DNA of 64,000 nt from Salinivirgaceae bacterium. Its GTDB lineage: Bacteria; Bacteroidota; Bacteroidia; Bacteroidales; SZUA-534. Positions 36,507-47,093 of this stretch are shown here, one piece after another (within the stretch, counting starts at the first letter, position 1; each line of letters opens with the position of its first letter). The notes beneath the pieces are model-generated. The model was not told where the DNA came from, made no database searches, and saw nothing but the letters and a program-made list of their open reading frames with translations. The stretch lies in contig JAFZKK010000123.1 of the NCBI GenBank assembly GCA_017551905.1, positions 853-64,852 on the forward strand, read 5' to 3'. A program made the translations under genes and the position numbers.

Positions 36507-39494
36507 ATGAAAAAGATATTCGCTTCAATATTATCCTTTTTGCTGGCAATTGGCTCGCTGCATGCGCAAACCATTATCGACAGCGTTCTCTATATCGCCG
36601 AAGGCACAACCGAAATTGGTTACAAAGCCTATTACGGCAACAATGAAATCAAAAAAGTGGTGATTCCTTCGACGGTTACAAAAATCGGCGGTCTTGCATT
36701 CCACAACTGTACAAATCTTGAAGAAATCGACATTCCCGCATCGGTTACAACTATTGGCGATGCCGCATTCCAGAACGATTCCTCGCTTACGAAAGTTACT
36801 CTGCACGAAGGTCTTACCAATTTGAGTTACAGGCTTTTCAAAAGCTGCGTGAGCCTCACGGAAATCACCATTCCGTCAACCGTCACCAAATTTGGCGATT
36901 ATTCGCTTGCCGAGTGCGACAATCTGACAACAATCAGGGTTGACCGATACTCCGAGGCGCACACATATTTCTGCAAAGATTCACGTCTTGCATTTACCGA
37001 CAATGAGCCGAAACAGAGCCACGAGCAATGGCTTGCCACAGCCACACGCGACATTATCGAGGACAGCGTTCTCTACATAAAGCCAGGGACAACTGTCATT
37101 AATGGCGACGCCTACATTTATGCCAAAGCCTTTACAAAGGTTGTCATCCCAAATACCGTTACAGAAATCGGAAAACAAGCATTCTTTGGTACAAATGTCC
37201 GTGAAGTTACCATTCCTGGAAGTGTCCAAATCATTAAAAATTCGGCATTCTATTGCTCACACCTCGAGAAAGCCATACTCGAAGAAGGCGTGAAAGAAAT
37301 TGACTCTTACGCATTTAACACTTACCGAAAACTATATATCTATGTGCCGAACTCGGTGGACACTTTGGCCGCCAACAATGGAGTTACAAATGGTGAGGCG
37401 GTGTGGACGGTTGTGCAGGGCAGCTATGCTGAGGAGTATGTGAAAAGCCGTTGTTCGTACAACATTGATTACACACAACCGTATTCCGACTATTCGGGCG
37501 AAACGGCGTTGAAAATCAGTATAAATGGAAATATTCCTGCCGATTATTTCAAGAACTGCCCCAATCTGCAATCGGTTGACATAGGGCCTGATGTTACCGA
37601 AATCCTTTCTGGCATATTTGCCGATAATCTGACCTTGCGGGCGAAACGCAACACCTACGCCGACACGTGGGCGAAACAAAACGGCTACTATCTGAGCGGC
37701 GTGCTTGCCGATTTGAACGTTTACACCAAAGACGCATCGAAAAAGATTGAGGAGGATTTCACCCGAATCTTGTGCGATGATGATTCGTATGCCAATTGGA
37801 CTTCCTACAAATTTGTGATACAGCAACCGCTGAAATTGGAGGAGGTTGACAACAAACTTGTTCTTACATCGTTTATGCTCTATCCATGTGAAAATGTTAC
37901 AGTTACCGCAAAAGACGGCAAACCACTAATCAGCAACAAGACAATCCAACCGCTGACACGCACCGTTTTGTGCGATTTCGATTTTCTTACCGACAGCGTT
38001 GAAAACTTCACGCTTACCACCGACGATGCGTTTTATAAACGGCTCGTTTCCATTCCTACAGAATGGTCAATATCGTACGACGGACGCATTTATCGACCAG
38101 GAAAATATGAGAACGATTTAATTAGACCGATGCAACCTGTCTTTGCGAGGGAATATATTGCCGGCATATACAATGTGGCGTATATAGCCGGAAGTCCCGA
38201 ATACGCCGCGCGCTGTTATCAAGCGGTAGAAGAAAAAAAACTTGTAACAAACGAGGAACTCACTGAATTTCTTACGAAAGAGCAAATGGACAATCTTTTG
38301 AAAAAAGCATCAAAATGGTCAATTATGCTCGGAAGATGTCAGGGTGGATTGAGTGTGGCAGGGGGACAAGCAATATGGTTGGATAACTCGTGGCTTTTAG
38401 GTCTTTCTTGTGGGACACCGAATAGTTTTTGGCACGAGCACTCGCATAATATGGGTTGGGGGCACGAGGACGGAAATATGTGCAACGATGGTCGCCCTGC
38501 ACCATATAATTTGGATTGGCCTGGAATCGGCAACCAAGTATATAAGGAGGAATTTCAAAAGGGAACTCCGCCCTATCTGGAAGGCAAGTTATTTTTCAAC
38601 TCAAATTTATTCTCCTACAATGAACTTCATTTGCCCGACATTCCCGACGATGTTGTCATAGACAGCATTCTATACATTACAGAGGGTGTCCCTCTTGCTG
38701 ATTCGCATAAGGAACAGACTGATTTTACAAAAATTGTTATTCCGTCGTCAGTCGAAGTAATCACAAGTTCAGCCTTTTACGGAACAAAAATCGAAAATGT
38801 GGAAATTCCTTCAACTGTTACGATAATAAAGAAATTGGCATTTCATTCATGCGAAGAATTGAAATCGGTAACCATTCCCAACAGCGTGAAGTCAATAGGC
38901 GATGCGACATTCCAGAACTGCACATCGCTTACTTCGGTTGAAATTCCCAACAGCTTGCGCGAACTGAACACCAAGCTTTTCAAAGGTTCGGGTCTGACCG
39001 AAATCACCATTCCTGGCACTGTCAAAGTTATTGGGAAAGAGGCCTTTGCCGATTGCCAGAATTTGAAAACCGTGGTTATTGAGGACGGTGTGCGGAAAAT
39101 CGACAACAATGCGTTTTACAACACAGGAATCGACACGATTGAAATTCCCGAAAGTGTTACCATTCTTGGCAAAAACATAACTTCGAAAGGCGTTGTCTGG
39201 GTGGTTGAAAAAGATAGTTATGCACACACTTATGCAATCGAAAACAATATAACATTCAAAATAGAAAACAGTGAAGGCAACGACACCGAAACCTCTGTAA
39301 CCGAACAATTTACCAATATAAACATCTACGTCCACGGTCGCACCATTGTTGTTGAAAATGCCACCAACGAAATCCGTGTTTATGATGTTATGGGGCGGTT
39401 GGTTGGCACAACCTCAACAAGAATAACCGTCAATGATTCAGGCGTTTATATTGTGAAAATTGGTGGCGCGGCAAAAAAGGTTTTTGTGTGGTAA
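36507..39494 (+). CDS. T9SS cargo 4: LRR blocks + metzincin-like protease + LRR block + CTD
   Basis: Signal peptide shared with the paralogues (start taken at MKKIF); HEHSHNMGWGHEDGNM at 38433; three LRR blocks each opened by an (I)DSVLYI-type cap; CTD without the palindrome. Confidence 0.85.
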   Translation: MKKIFASILSFLLAIGSLHAQTIIDSVLYIAEGTTEIGYKAYYGNNEIKKVVIPSTVTKIGGLAFHNCTNLEEIDIPASVTTIGDAAFQNDSSLTKVTLHEGLTNLSYRLFKSCVSLTEITIPSTVTKFGDYSLAECDNLTTIRVDRYSEAHTYFCKDSRLAFTDNEPKQSHEQWLATATRDIIEDSVLYIKPGTTVINGDAYIYAKAFTKVVIPNTVTEIGKQAFFGTNVREVTIPGSVQIIKNSAFYCSHLEKAILEEGVKEIDSYAFNTYRKLYIYVPNSVDTLAANNGVTNGEAVWTVVQGSYAEEYVKSRCSYNIDYTQPYSDYSGETALKISINGNIPADYFKNCPNLQSVDIGPDVTEILSGIFADNLTLRAKRNTYADTWAKQNGYYLSGVLADLNVYTKDASKKIEEDFTRILCDDDSYANWTSYKFVIQQPLKLEEVDNKLVLTSFMLYPCENVTVTAKDGKPLISNKTIQPLTRTVLCDFDFLTDSVENFTLTTDDAFYKRLVSIPTEWSISYDGRIYRPGKYENDLIRPMQPVFAREYIAGIYNVAYIAGSPEYAARCYQAVEEKKLVTNEELTEFLTKEQMDNLLKKASKWSIMLGRCQGGLSVAGGQAIWLDNSWLLGLSCGTPNSFWHEHSHNMGWGHEDGNMCNDGRPAPYNLDWPGIGNQVYKEEFQKGTPPYLEGKLFFNSNLFSYNELHLPDIPDDVVIDSILYITEGVPLADSHKEQTDFTKIVIPSSVEVITSSAFYGTKIENVEIPSTVTIIKKLAFHSCEELKSVTIPNSVKSIGDATFQNCTSLTSVEIPNSLRELNTKLFKGSGLTEITIPGTVKVIGKEAFADCQNLKTVVIEDGVRKIDNNAFYNTGIDTIEIPESVTILGKNITSKGVVWVVEKDSYAHTYAIENNITFKIENSEGNDTETSVTEQFTNINIYVHGRTIVVENATNEIRVYDVMGRLVGTTSTRITVNDSGVYIVKIGGAAKKVFVW

Positions 39495-39518
39495 AGGATT
39501 TTTTCCGTTCCCGCTAAA

Positions 39519-40349
39519 TTACAACTCCACCTCATCCGGATGCTGCCCCGACCAGCCGAAGCACGGCATTTGGTCGATTGTCTGCATATCGGCGGATGAG
39601 AGTTCGAAATCGAAAACCTCAAGGTTGTTTTTTATGCGCTCCGGCGTTACCGATTTGGGCAGCGGCACTATGCCCTTCTGCAAGCACCAACGGATGCAAA
39701 TCTGCGCCACACTTTTGCCATACCTTTTGGCAATAGCCATCAGCGTTTCGTTCTTAAAAACTATACCGCGCCCAAACGGACTCCACGCCTCAACGGCAAT
39801 CCCATTTCGCTGGCAGAAATCTACTGTCGGCTGTTGCGCGTAGCCAGGATGAATCTCTATCTGGTCAACCATTGGTTTTATGCGGCAGCTGTCTAATAAC
39901 GGTTGCAGGTGATGCTCCAAAAAGTTGCTCACTCCAATGGCTCTGGCACGACCATCGGCATATAGTTTCTCCATTGCGCGCCAAGTGTCGGCGTTACGTT
40001 GGCGCCAGTCGGCATAATTCGGTGCCGGCCAATGAATCAAGTATAAATCGAGATAATCGAGCCCAAGACGGCGCATTGAAGCGTCGAAGGCACGCAGAAG
40101 GTTGTCGTAGCCGCACTCGTTGGGCCAGGCCTTGCTTGTTATCCAAAGCTGGCTGCGCTCAACTCCGCAAGTGGCAATGGCTTGCCCCACGCTTGTCTCG
40201 TTCTCGTATCGCGATGCTGTGTCGATGTGCCGGAAGCCACACTCAATGGCCGTGCGCACGGCGGCAATCGCCTCATCGGAATCGGGTATCGCCCATGTAC
40301 CAAAACCGATGCCGGGTATTTCAGTGCCGTTGTTCAGCTTGAAATGCAT
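39519..40349 (-). CDS. Aldo/keto reductase (2,5-DKG reductase-like)
   Basis: IGFGTW, GFRHIDTA..Y, LDYLDLYLIHWP, IGVSNF and LPKS motifs. Confidence 0.95.
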   Translation of the reverse strand: MHFKLNNGTEIPGIGFGTWAIPDSDEAIAAVRTAIECGFRHIDTASRYENETSVGQAIATCGVERSQLWITSKAWPNECGYDNLLRAFDASMRRLGLDYLDLYLIHWPAPNYADWRQRNADTWRAMEKLYADGRARAIGVSNFLEHHLQPLLDSCRIKPMVDQIEIHPGYAQQPTVDFCQRNGIAVEAWSPFGRGIVFKNETLMAIAKRYGKSVAQICIRWCLQKGIVPLPKSVTPERIKNNLEVFDFELSSADMQTIDQMPCFGWSGQHPDEVEL

Positions 40350-40518
40350 AAATTGAGTAATGATTAAAGAGTAAAGTGGAATGATTAAAGATTAATGATT
40401 AAAGAGTAATGATTTGATTATCAGTCTGTAATTAATAATTCTAAATTCTAATTACTTATGCCTTATGCCTTTTTTATCTTTACTCTTTACTCCAAATACT
40501 TTACTCTCAATACCAATT
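40350..40518. repeat. Mosaic 7-bp tandem intergenic repeats in both orientations
   Basis: AATGATT / AAAGAGT / AAAGATT units, then AATTCTA x2, TTATGCC x2 and TTTACTC units. Confidence 0.75.
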
Positions 40519-42504
40519 TTATCTGCGTCGTTTAACCTTTGGCACATAGTCGCGGCCGGTAAGACCGAAGTCGGTGCGGCGGTTAATCTGGTGGCAGATT
40601 TCTTTTTGTTCCTCGTCGGGCAACTTATTGATAAACTGTTCGGTAAGCACATCGCCTTCTCTCAGGAACGGATATTTGCGAGCCAAACTCTTGTCAATCT
40701 CTTTCGGCCATGTCTCGCCGTAACCTCTCGATGTAAGTCGCTCTGCGTCAATACCGTATGTTATCAAGAAATCGACAACCGACTGGGCGCGTTTCTTCGA
40801 CAGCTCCATATTGGCGGCGTCGCTTCCGCGGAAGTCGGTGTGCGAGCCAATCTCGATAGTGATATTGGTGTTGTCGTTCAGAATCTCGACAAGTCCCTCA
40901 AGCGCTGCGATTGATGTCGGGCGCAGTGTCCATTTGCCGAAATCGTATTCTATGCCGTCAAGGTCCATACGCGAATCGTCGGGCGACAGGTTGATGTTGG
41001 CCTCAATGGCGGTGCTGGTTGTCAAGCCTTTGGTTGTCACTTTGTCTTTTGAGTTAAGGAAGCCGCCGCGTTTCACAACCACGCGATAATCGGTGTTTGG
41101 TGTCAGCTTGAAGTTGTACGAACCGTTGGTCTCAGTTTTGGCGCTGATGTTGGTACCGTCGCTACCGATAAGATTGACTTCGGCTCCGGCAATAATCGCC
41201 TCGGTCTTGCTGTTGCGGACAACGCCCGTCAGCGTGAACTCGATAGGCGGAAGCGAGAATTGGTAGATGTCATCGCTGCCCTTGCCGCCCGGACGGTTCG
41301 AAGAAAAATATCCGCGTTCCAACTCTGCCTCAAAGCAAATGCCGAAATCGTCGGCGGGGCTGTTGATAGGATATTTCATGTTCTCAACTTTCCAGCCCGA
41401 TGCGCCTTGCCGCGCGCTGAAAATGTCGAGTCCGCCCATTCCAGGATGACCGTTCGACGAAAAATATAGCGTTCCGTCGGGATGAATGAACGGGAACATC
41501 TCGTCGCCTTCGGTGTTAATCTCCGGACCCATATTGACGGGCGCGCCCCATTCGGCTGTCTTGTTTGCGCGTGTCGATTTCCAGAGGTCTTTTCCTCCGT
41601 AGCCGCCTTTCATGTCGGCAACAAAAATCAGTGTCAGCTCATCGTCGCTCACAGCCGGATGCCCCACGGCGATGCTGTCGGGTGCAAGATTTAGCTCTTT
41701 CGGCTCGCCCCATTCGGCATTTTCTTTTGTCGAACAGAATATCTTGCAGACCATATTTCTGTCTTTATTTTCACGGAAGCTGGTGAAATACAGCGTATTG
41801 CACTTCTTGTTGGTGCAAGGCGCGCCTTCGTCATATTCAGTGTTTATGACCTCCTCAAGCGGAACAGGGTCCGACCATTTTCCCTTGCGGTCGGCGCGAG
41901 TGCGGAAAATGTCGCTGTAGTATTCGCCCGTCACACCACTGATTTTGCCGCCCGTTGCGCTCTCGCGTGCCGAAGCGAATATCACCATATTGTAATCGTC
42001 TTTGGCGAAAGCCGGCGCATAGTCGCTGTATTTGCTGTTGAAATAATGCATGTTCTCAACCTTGTAACGGGTTGGCTGCGCCATCCACTCAATGGCCATA
42101 GCGCACGACTCGACACCTGCCGGTCCGCGGTCGTCGGCGGGAGCCATTTTGCTGTAGTTCTGATATTCGGTCAGCGCCTCGTCGTAGTTGCCCTGGGCGC
42201 GCAGTGCGTTGGCTAAATAGAGCGTCGCCAGCGGCTCGGTGTAACCTTTCTTGATGGTTTTGCGATACCAAACCTCAGCCTGATGGTTGTTCTGCACCAT
42301 GCGGTAGCATTCGGCAACCATAAAGGTAATTTGATTCTTACGGTCTTTGTCCTTCGCCTTGGCAAAAGCGTATTTATACTCATCAATTGCATCGAAATAC
42401 TTGCCGGCCTCAAAAGCCTTGTCGGCCTTGGCTGTGATGTTCTTCTGCGCATACGATGCCGCCACTGACAGCATTATTACAGTTATTGCGATAATTTTTC
42501 TCAT
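40519..42504 (-). CDS. PorE-like T9SS-associated peptidoglycan-binding protein (TPR + PD40 + CRD + OmpA)
   Basis: TPR N-terminus; PD40 repeats (GGYGGKDLW, GMGGLDIF, GKGSDDIY); OmpA motifs GSHTDFRG and INRRTDF. Confidence 0.82.
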   Translation of the reverse strand: MRKIIAITVIMLSVAASYAQKNITAKADKAFEAGKYFDAIDEYKYAFAKAKDKDRKNQITFMVAECYRMVQNNHQAEVWYRKTIKKGYTEPLATLYLANALRAQGNYDEALTEYQNYSKMAPADDRGPAGVESCAMAIEWMAQPTRYKVENMHYFNSKYSDYAPAFAKDDYNMVIFASARESATGGKISGVTGEYYSDIFRTRADRKGKWSDPVPLEEVINTEYDEGAPCTNKKCNTLYFTSFRENKDRNMVCKIFCSTKENAEWGEPKELNLAPDSIAVGHPAVSDDELTLIFVADMKGGYGGKDLWKSTRANKTAEWGAPVNMGPEINTEGDEMFPFIHPDGTLYFSSNGHPGMGGLDIFSARQGASGWKVENMKYPINSPADDFGICFEAELERGYFSSNRPGGKGSDDIYQFSLPPIEFTLTGVVRNSKTEAIIAGAEVNLIGSDGTNISAKTETNGSYNFKLTPNTDYRVVVKRGGFLNSKDKVTTKGLTTSTAIEANINLSPDDSRMDLDGIEYDFGKWTLRPTSIAALEGLVEILNDNTNITIEIGSHTDFRGSDAANMELSKKRAQSVVDFLITYGIDAERLTSRGYGETWPKEIDKSLARKYPFLREGDVLTEQFINKLPDEEQKEICHQINRRTDFGLTGRDYVPKVKRRR

Positions 42505-42639
42505 ATTCGGAATATGCGGATTTCTAAAAAATTACGTGCGAAAATAACTAAAATTGTTCCAATTCATTGATAAAAGTTGAACAATGAGTCTTTGCACCTT
42601 TAATTTCTCACTTTTCAATTGCCATTCGGTTTAAAAACT

Positions 42640-42647
42640 TACATTTG
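42640..42647 (+). promoter_or_regulatory. -7 promoter element for rsfS-ftsH-cdsA-psd
   Basis: TACATTTG 19 nt upstream of ATG 42667. Confidence 0.6.
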
Positions 42648-42666
42648 CACCTTTAAAAAAGCAAGA

Positions 42667-43035
42667 ATGGCAAAAAGCAAACACAATCTCGGCTTGAAGG
42701 AGGCTATAATTGAGGCTATCAAGCAAAAAAAAGGTCACGAAATTGTGGCTATCGATTTGACAGACAATCATCAGGCTGTTGCCGATTACTATATTATATG
42801 CCACGGAAACTCAAGCTCGCAGGTTGAAGCCATTACCGACAACATCGAGCGCTTTGCCCGCACCGAGACAAGCGAGCATCCGTCGCACATTGAGGGGCTG
42901 CAGAACGCACTCTGGGTGCTGATGGACTATGGCAACATCATCGTCCACATTTTCCAAGAGGAAATCCGCAGTTTCTACAACATCGAAGACCTTTGGGCCG
43001 ATGCCAAAAAGGAAATCATTGAAACAGAAGAATAA
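42667..43035 (+). CDS. rsfS: Ribosome silencing factor
   Basis: KKGHEIVAIDL, WVLMDYGNIIVHIF and FYNIEDLWADA motifs; conserved rsfS-ftsH order. Confidence 0.94.
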   Translation: MAKSKHNLGLKEAIIEAIKQKKGHEIVAIDLTDNHQAVADYYIICHGNSSSQVEAITDNIERFARTETSEHPSHIEGLQNALWVLMDYGNIIVHIFQEEIRSFYNIEDLWADAKKEIIETEE

Positions 43036-43040
43036 ACATT

Positions 43041-45089
43041 ATGGATACCGAGAACAACAAAGAAAAAACTAACAACGCCGGCAAAAAACAGGAGGACAAC
43101 GCAACTCAGCCCAAAACACCGGGGAAACGCCCAAAATTCAACACCAACTGGATTTACGGCATAATAGCCATCGCGCTTTTCGGGCTTATGTTTCTGCCCT
43201 CGGGCGACAGCGACCCCAAAGAGGTGACCTGGAACCGCTTTGAGCAAGATATGCTTAAAAACCACGATGTCAGCAAGATAGTGGTTATCAACAAAGAGAA
43301 GGCGATGATTTATATCAAAGCCGACAAGTTGAAGGAAGCACGCTACGCCGACAGCAAGGCAACTCCGGCTTTTTCGTCGAACAATCCGCAGTATTTCTTC
43401 ACGATAGGCTCGGTTGAGTCGTTTGAACAGAATCTGGTCAGAGCTACCGAAAAATATTCGCCCGACGAGCCGATAGACGTCAAGTACGAAACGCGCCAAG
43501 ACCGCCTCGGGCCAATCCTCAACTGGATTATCTTCCCGCTTTTGCTGATAGGCGTTTGGATATTCATCTTCCGCCGGATGTCGGGTGGAGCCGGCAACCA
43601 GATTTTCAACATTGGCAAGTCGCGCGCCAAAATGTTCGACAAAGACGCCACTGACATAAAAATCGATTTCAAAGACGTGGCCGGACTTGAGGAGGCCAAA
43701 GTGGAGATAAAAGAGATTGTCGATTTCTTGAAAAATCCGCAGAAATACACGCAGTTAGGCGGTAAAATTCCAAAGGGCGCACTACTTGTAGGACCTCCGG
43801 GAACGGGCAAAACATTGCTCGCCAAAGCCGTAGCCGGCGAGGCGCACGTGCCGTTCTTCTCGTTGTCGGGTTCCGATTTTGTCGAGATGTTTGTGGGTGT
43901 GGGCGCATCGCGTGTGCGCGACCTGTTCAAGCAAGCCAAGGAGAAGGCTCCGTGCATCATCTTCATCGACGAGATTGACGCCATTGGCCGCGCCCGTGGA
44001 CGCAACAACAGCTGGAGTTCGAACGATGAGCGCGAAAACACTCTGAACCAGTTGCTTACCGAAATGGACGGCTTCGGCACCAACAGTGGTGTCATCATAT
44101 TGGCCGCCACCAACCGCGCCGACATTCTGGACCGAGCCCTGATGCGCGCCGGCCGCTTCGACCGTCAGATTCAAGTTGAACTTCCCGACCTTAACGAGCG
44201 CATGGAGATATTCAAAGTGCATCTGCGCCCGCTCACCAAACTCGCGCAGGATGTGTCGGTAGAGTCGCTGGCCAAGCAAACACCGGGCTTCTCCGGTGCC
44301 GACATCGCCAATGTCTGCAACGAGGCAGCGCTTATCGCCGCCCGCCACGACAAGGCACAAGTTGAAAAACAAGATTTCCTCGATGCCATCGACCGCATCA
44401 TTGGCGGACTTGAGAAGAAAAACAAGATAATATCGCCTGAGGAGAAAAAATCGATAGCATATCACGAGGCCGGACACGCCACCGTAAGCTGGATGTTGGA
44501 AAACGCCAATCCGCTAATCAAAGTTACGATTGTTCCGCGCGGACAGGCTTTGGGCGCAGCATGGTATCTGCCTGAGGAACGGCAACTTACCACCACCGAA
44601 CAACTCATGGAGGAAATGGCCGCATTGCTTGGCGGACGCGCCGCCGAGGAGCTTTTCTTTGGCCGCATATCGACAGGCGCCCTCAACGACCTTGAGCGGA
44701 CAACCAAACACGCCTACGCCATGGTTTGCTACTACGGCATGAGTCCGCGGTTGGCCAACATCAGCTACTACGACTCGTCGGGCCAAACCGAATACGCTTT
44801 CTCAAAGCCATACAGCGAGGAGACGGCCCGCGCCATTGATGAAGAGACGCAACGACTCATTGGCGAGGCATACGCCAAAGCGAAGGAGATACTGACAAAA
44901 TATCAGGAACAGCACCACCAATTGGCCAACCTTCTACTTGAGCGTGAGGTTTTGTTTGCTGAAGACCTTGAGCGCATCTTAGGTCCGCGCCCGGGCGGCA
45001 AAACGCCTTACTACGAGCATCAGACAAAAAATGCCGAACCTGCCGCCGACAACAACGAGGCTAAATCGGAAACCGAAACTACAGAATAA
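43041..45089 (+). CDS. ftsH: ATP-dependent zinc metalloprotease FtsH
   Basis: Two TM helices; Walker A GPPGTGKT; FIDEID; SRH region; HEAGH. Confidence 0.97.
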   Translation: MDTENNKEKTNNAGKKQEDNATQPKTPGKRPKFNTNWIYGIIAIALFGLMFLPSGDSDPKEVTWNRFEQDMLKNHDVSKIVVINKEKAMIYIKADKLKEARYADSKATPAFSSNNPQYFFTIGSVESFEQNLVRATEKYSPDEPIDVKYETRQDRLGPILNWIIFPLLLIGVWIFIFRRMSGGAGNQIFNIGKSRAKMFDKDATDIKIDFKDVAGLEEAKVEIKEIVDFLKNPQKYTQLGGKIPKGALLVGPPGTGKTLLAKAVAGEAHVPFFSLSGSDFVEMFVGVGASRVRDLFKQAKEKAPCIIFIDEIDAIGRARGRNNSWSSNDERENTLNQLLTEMDGFGTNSGVIILAATNRADILDRALMRAGRFDRQIQVELPDLNERMEIFKVHLRPLTKLAQDVSVESLAKQTPGFSGADIANVCNEAALIAARHDKAQVEKQDFLDAIDRIIGGLEKKNKIISPEEKKSIAYHEAGHATVSWMLENANPLIKVTIVPRGQALGAAWYLPEERQLTTTEQLMEEMAALLGGRAAEELFFGRISTGALNDLERTTKHAYAMVCYYGMSPRLANISYYDSSGQTEYAFSKPYSEETARAIDEETQRLIGEAYAKAKEILTKYQEQHHQLANLLLEREVLFAEDLERILGPRPGGKTPYYEHQTKNAEPAADNNEAKSETETTE

Positions 45090-45292
45090 TGGAAGACTGG
45101 ATTTCAATTTATAGCACCAACAGCACGTTCGAAGCTGAGCTTGTTCGCGGCAAACTCGAGAATGCCGGAATTGAAGCTGTTCTGATGAACAAGCAAGACT
45201 CATCGTATTTGTTTGGCGAAATTGAAGTTTACGTGCATCAGCACGAGTCGCAACAGGCTTTAAACATCATAAACAGCCATGAAAATGAATAA
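45089..45292 (+). CDS. DUF2007-like small protein
   Basis: EAELVRGKLENAGIEA...NKQDSSY...EVYV pattern; overlaps the ftsH stop. Confidence 0.75.
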   Translation: MEDWISIYSTNSTFEAELVRGKLENAGIEAVLMNKQDSSYLFGEIEVYVHQHESQQALNIINSHENE

Positions 45293-46097
45293 TTTTTGGC
45301 AACGGCTTACAACTGGCGTCGTCTTTCTGGCGGTGCTTATCTCGTGCATACTGATAAACCAGTGGACATTCGCGCTACTGTTCGCCATTATCGACGCGTT
45401 GGCGTTGGGAGAATTCTACCACATAGCAAAACAGAAAGATTATCAGCCGATTGGTGTTTATGCCATAATAATCGGTGTGGCGGCCTACGCATTGTCATTT
45501 CTATCGACGGCTGGTATCATAGGTTGGCAATACCTTCTGTTGTTGGTGCCGCTTACAGCCTTGATTTTTGTGATTGTGCTGTTCGGCAAAGATTATAAGA
45601 ATCCGATAAACAGCATTGCCACAACCATTTACGGGCTTGTTTACATTGCCGTTCCGTTTGCACTGATAACCCCGCTGGCTTTCTACGGCGGAAGCTATCA
45701 GAGCATAATAATATTGGGAATGTTCATTATTATTTGGACAAACGACACCGGCGCTTATTGCTTCGGAATGTTGCTTGGCAAGCATAAAATGTTTGTCCGC
45801 ATATCGCCTAAAAAGTCATGGGAAGGCTTCGCCGGAGGCGCACTGTCGGCCGTTGGTGCCGCTTTGGTTTTGGCACACTTCTACCCGATTCTTTCACCGG
45901 CGCAATGGGTCATTATGGCGTTGCTCACTATTTGCTTCGGCACTTTGGGCGACCTTGTCGAGTCGCAGTTCAAACGCACCGTCGGCATTAAGGATTCGAG
46001 CAACCTTCTGCCGGGCCATGGTGGCATTCTCGACAGATTTGACAGTATTATATTGGTCATTCCCGTTATTTTGGCATATTTGCAGTTCATTTCATAA
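45279..46097 (+). CDS. cdsA: Phosphatidate cytidylyltransferase
   Basis: NDTGAY, ISPKKSWEG and KDSSNLLPGHGGILDRFDS motifs. Confidence 0.95.
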   Translation: MKMNNFWQRLTTGVVFLAVLISCILINQWTFALLFAIIDALALGEFYHIAKQKDYQPIGVYAIIIGVAAYALSFLSTAGIIGWQYLLLLVPLTALIFVIVLFGKDYKNPINSIATTIYGLVYIAVPFALITPLAFYGGSYQSIIILGMFIIIWTNDTGAYCFGMLLGKHKMFVRISPKKSWEGFAGGALSAVGAALVLAHFYPILSPAQWVIMALLTICFGTLGDLVESQFKRTVGIKDSSNLLPGHGGILDRFDSIILVIPVILAYLQFIS

Positions 46098-46112
46098 CTA
46101 AAAAATCAGACT

Positions 46113-46775
46113 ATGCGCATTCATCATGCAGGCTATATCGTAATATTGAAAGCACTTATTATATTATTGGTAATCAATTTTATAATATATTTTACGGTTG
46201 GATTCGGCCTTGCATTATACATCAGCATAACGGCATCGTGCCTTCTAATGCTTTTCGTTCTACGTTTCTTCCGATATCCACGACGCGCTGTTCCGGCTCT
46301 GTCGGGCGACGAGGTGCTCTGCCCCGCCGACGGTACAATTGTTGCGATTGAAGAGGTTGAACCTTCAAGTTTTGTAAACGAGAGACAGATTCAGGTTTCC
46401 ATTTTCATGTCGTGCTGGAATGTGCATATCAACTGGGTTCCGGTGACGGGCAAAATTAAACAGGTGCTCCACTTCGACGGCGAGTTCACCCGCGCCATTA
46501 CGCCAAAATCGTCTGACCTGAACGAGCATACAGCCGTCGCCATCACTCAACCTGATGGCAGCATTGTGCTTGTGAAACAGGTTGCAGGAGCCGTCGCTCG
46601 CCGCATACTGACATTTGTGAAACAAGACGAAAACCACAGCGCTGGCGAAGAGTTAGGTTTTATCCGCTTCGGCTCGCGAGTCGATTTGTTTATACCGACT
46701 AATTACAATGTGAACGTGAAAATTGGAGACAAAGTAACAGGCTGCCGGACAATTATCGCCCAGCGCGGAAAATAA
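46113..46775 (+). CDS. psd: Phosphatidylserine decarboxylase family protein
   Basis: CPADG, SIFMS..NVHIN and FIRFGSRVD (self-cleavage site) motifs. Confidence 0.92.
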   Translation: MRIHHAGYIVILKALIILLVINFIIYFTVGFGLALYISITASCLLMLFVLRFFRYPRRAVPALSGDEVLCPADGTIVAIEEVEPSSFVNERQIQVSIFMSCWNVHINWVPVTGKIKQVLHFDGEFTRAITPKSSDLNEHTAVAITQPDGSIVLVKQVAGAVARRILTFVKQDENHSAGEELGFIRFGSRVDLFIPTNYNVNVKIGDKVTGCRTIIAQRGK

Positions 46776-46827
46776 GTGCGTTGGATTTATGCCGAAAATC
46801 TGTTGTTGTTACTATTGCTAAATGATT

Positions 46828-46835
46828 TATCTTTG
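46828..46835 (+). promoter_or_regulatory. -7 promoter element for the ferredoxin
   Basis: TATCTTTG 23 nt upstream of the ATG. Confidence 0.6.
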
Positions 46836-46858
46836 ACCGACTTTTAAAAACAATAATT

Positions 46859-47026
46859 ATGGCTTACAAAATTTCAGAAGACTGCTTGGCATGTGGAACA
46901 TGCATGAGCGAATGCCCGGTTGAGGCAATTTCAGAAGGCGATATCTATGTTATCGACCCTGACAAATGCACTGAGTGCGGAACATGCGCTAGCGTATGCC
47001 CGGTTGAAGCTCCGAAACTTGCATAA
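46859..47026 (+). CDS. 2[4Fe-4S] ferredoxin, 55 aa (absent from ORF track)
   Basis: MAYKISEDCLACGTCMSECPVEAISEGDIYVIDPDKCTECGTCASVCPVEAPKLA; two CxxCxxCxxxCP motifs. Confidence 0.95.
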   Translation: MAYKISEDCLACGTCMSECPVEAISEGDIYVIDPDKCTECGTCASVCPVEAPKLA

Positions 47027-47043
47027 GAAACTGCACAACAATT

Positions 47044-47078
47044 AAAAAGGCGACCCCAAAGGCCGCCTTTATTATTTT
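47044..47078. terminator. Bidirectional terminator between ferredoxin and manA
   Basis: AAAAAGGCGACC-CCAAA-GGCCGCCTTT hairpin with A/T tails. Confidence 0.7.
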
Positions 47079-47093
47079 GTATCGATAATAAAA

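Noticed and set aside
27570-39494. Classical polymorphic toxin-immunity locus
   Set aside because: Catalytic domains are internal, genes are full length with their own signal peptides, and cargo 1, 2 and 4 have no small downstream immunity gene.
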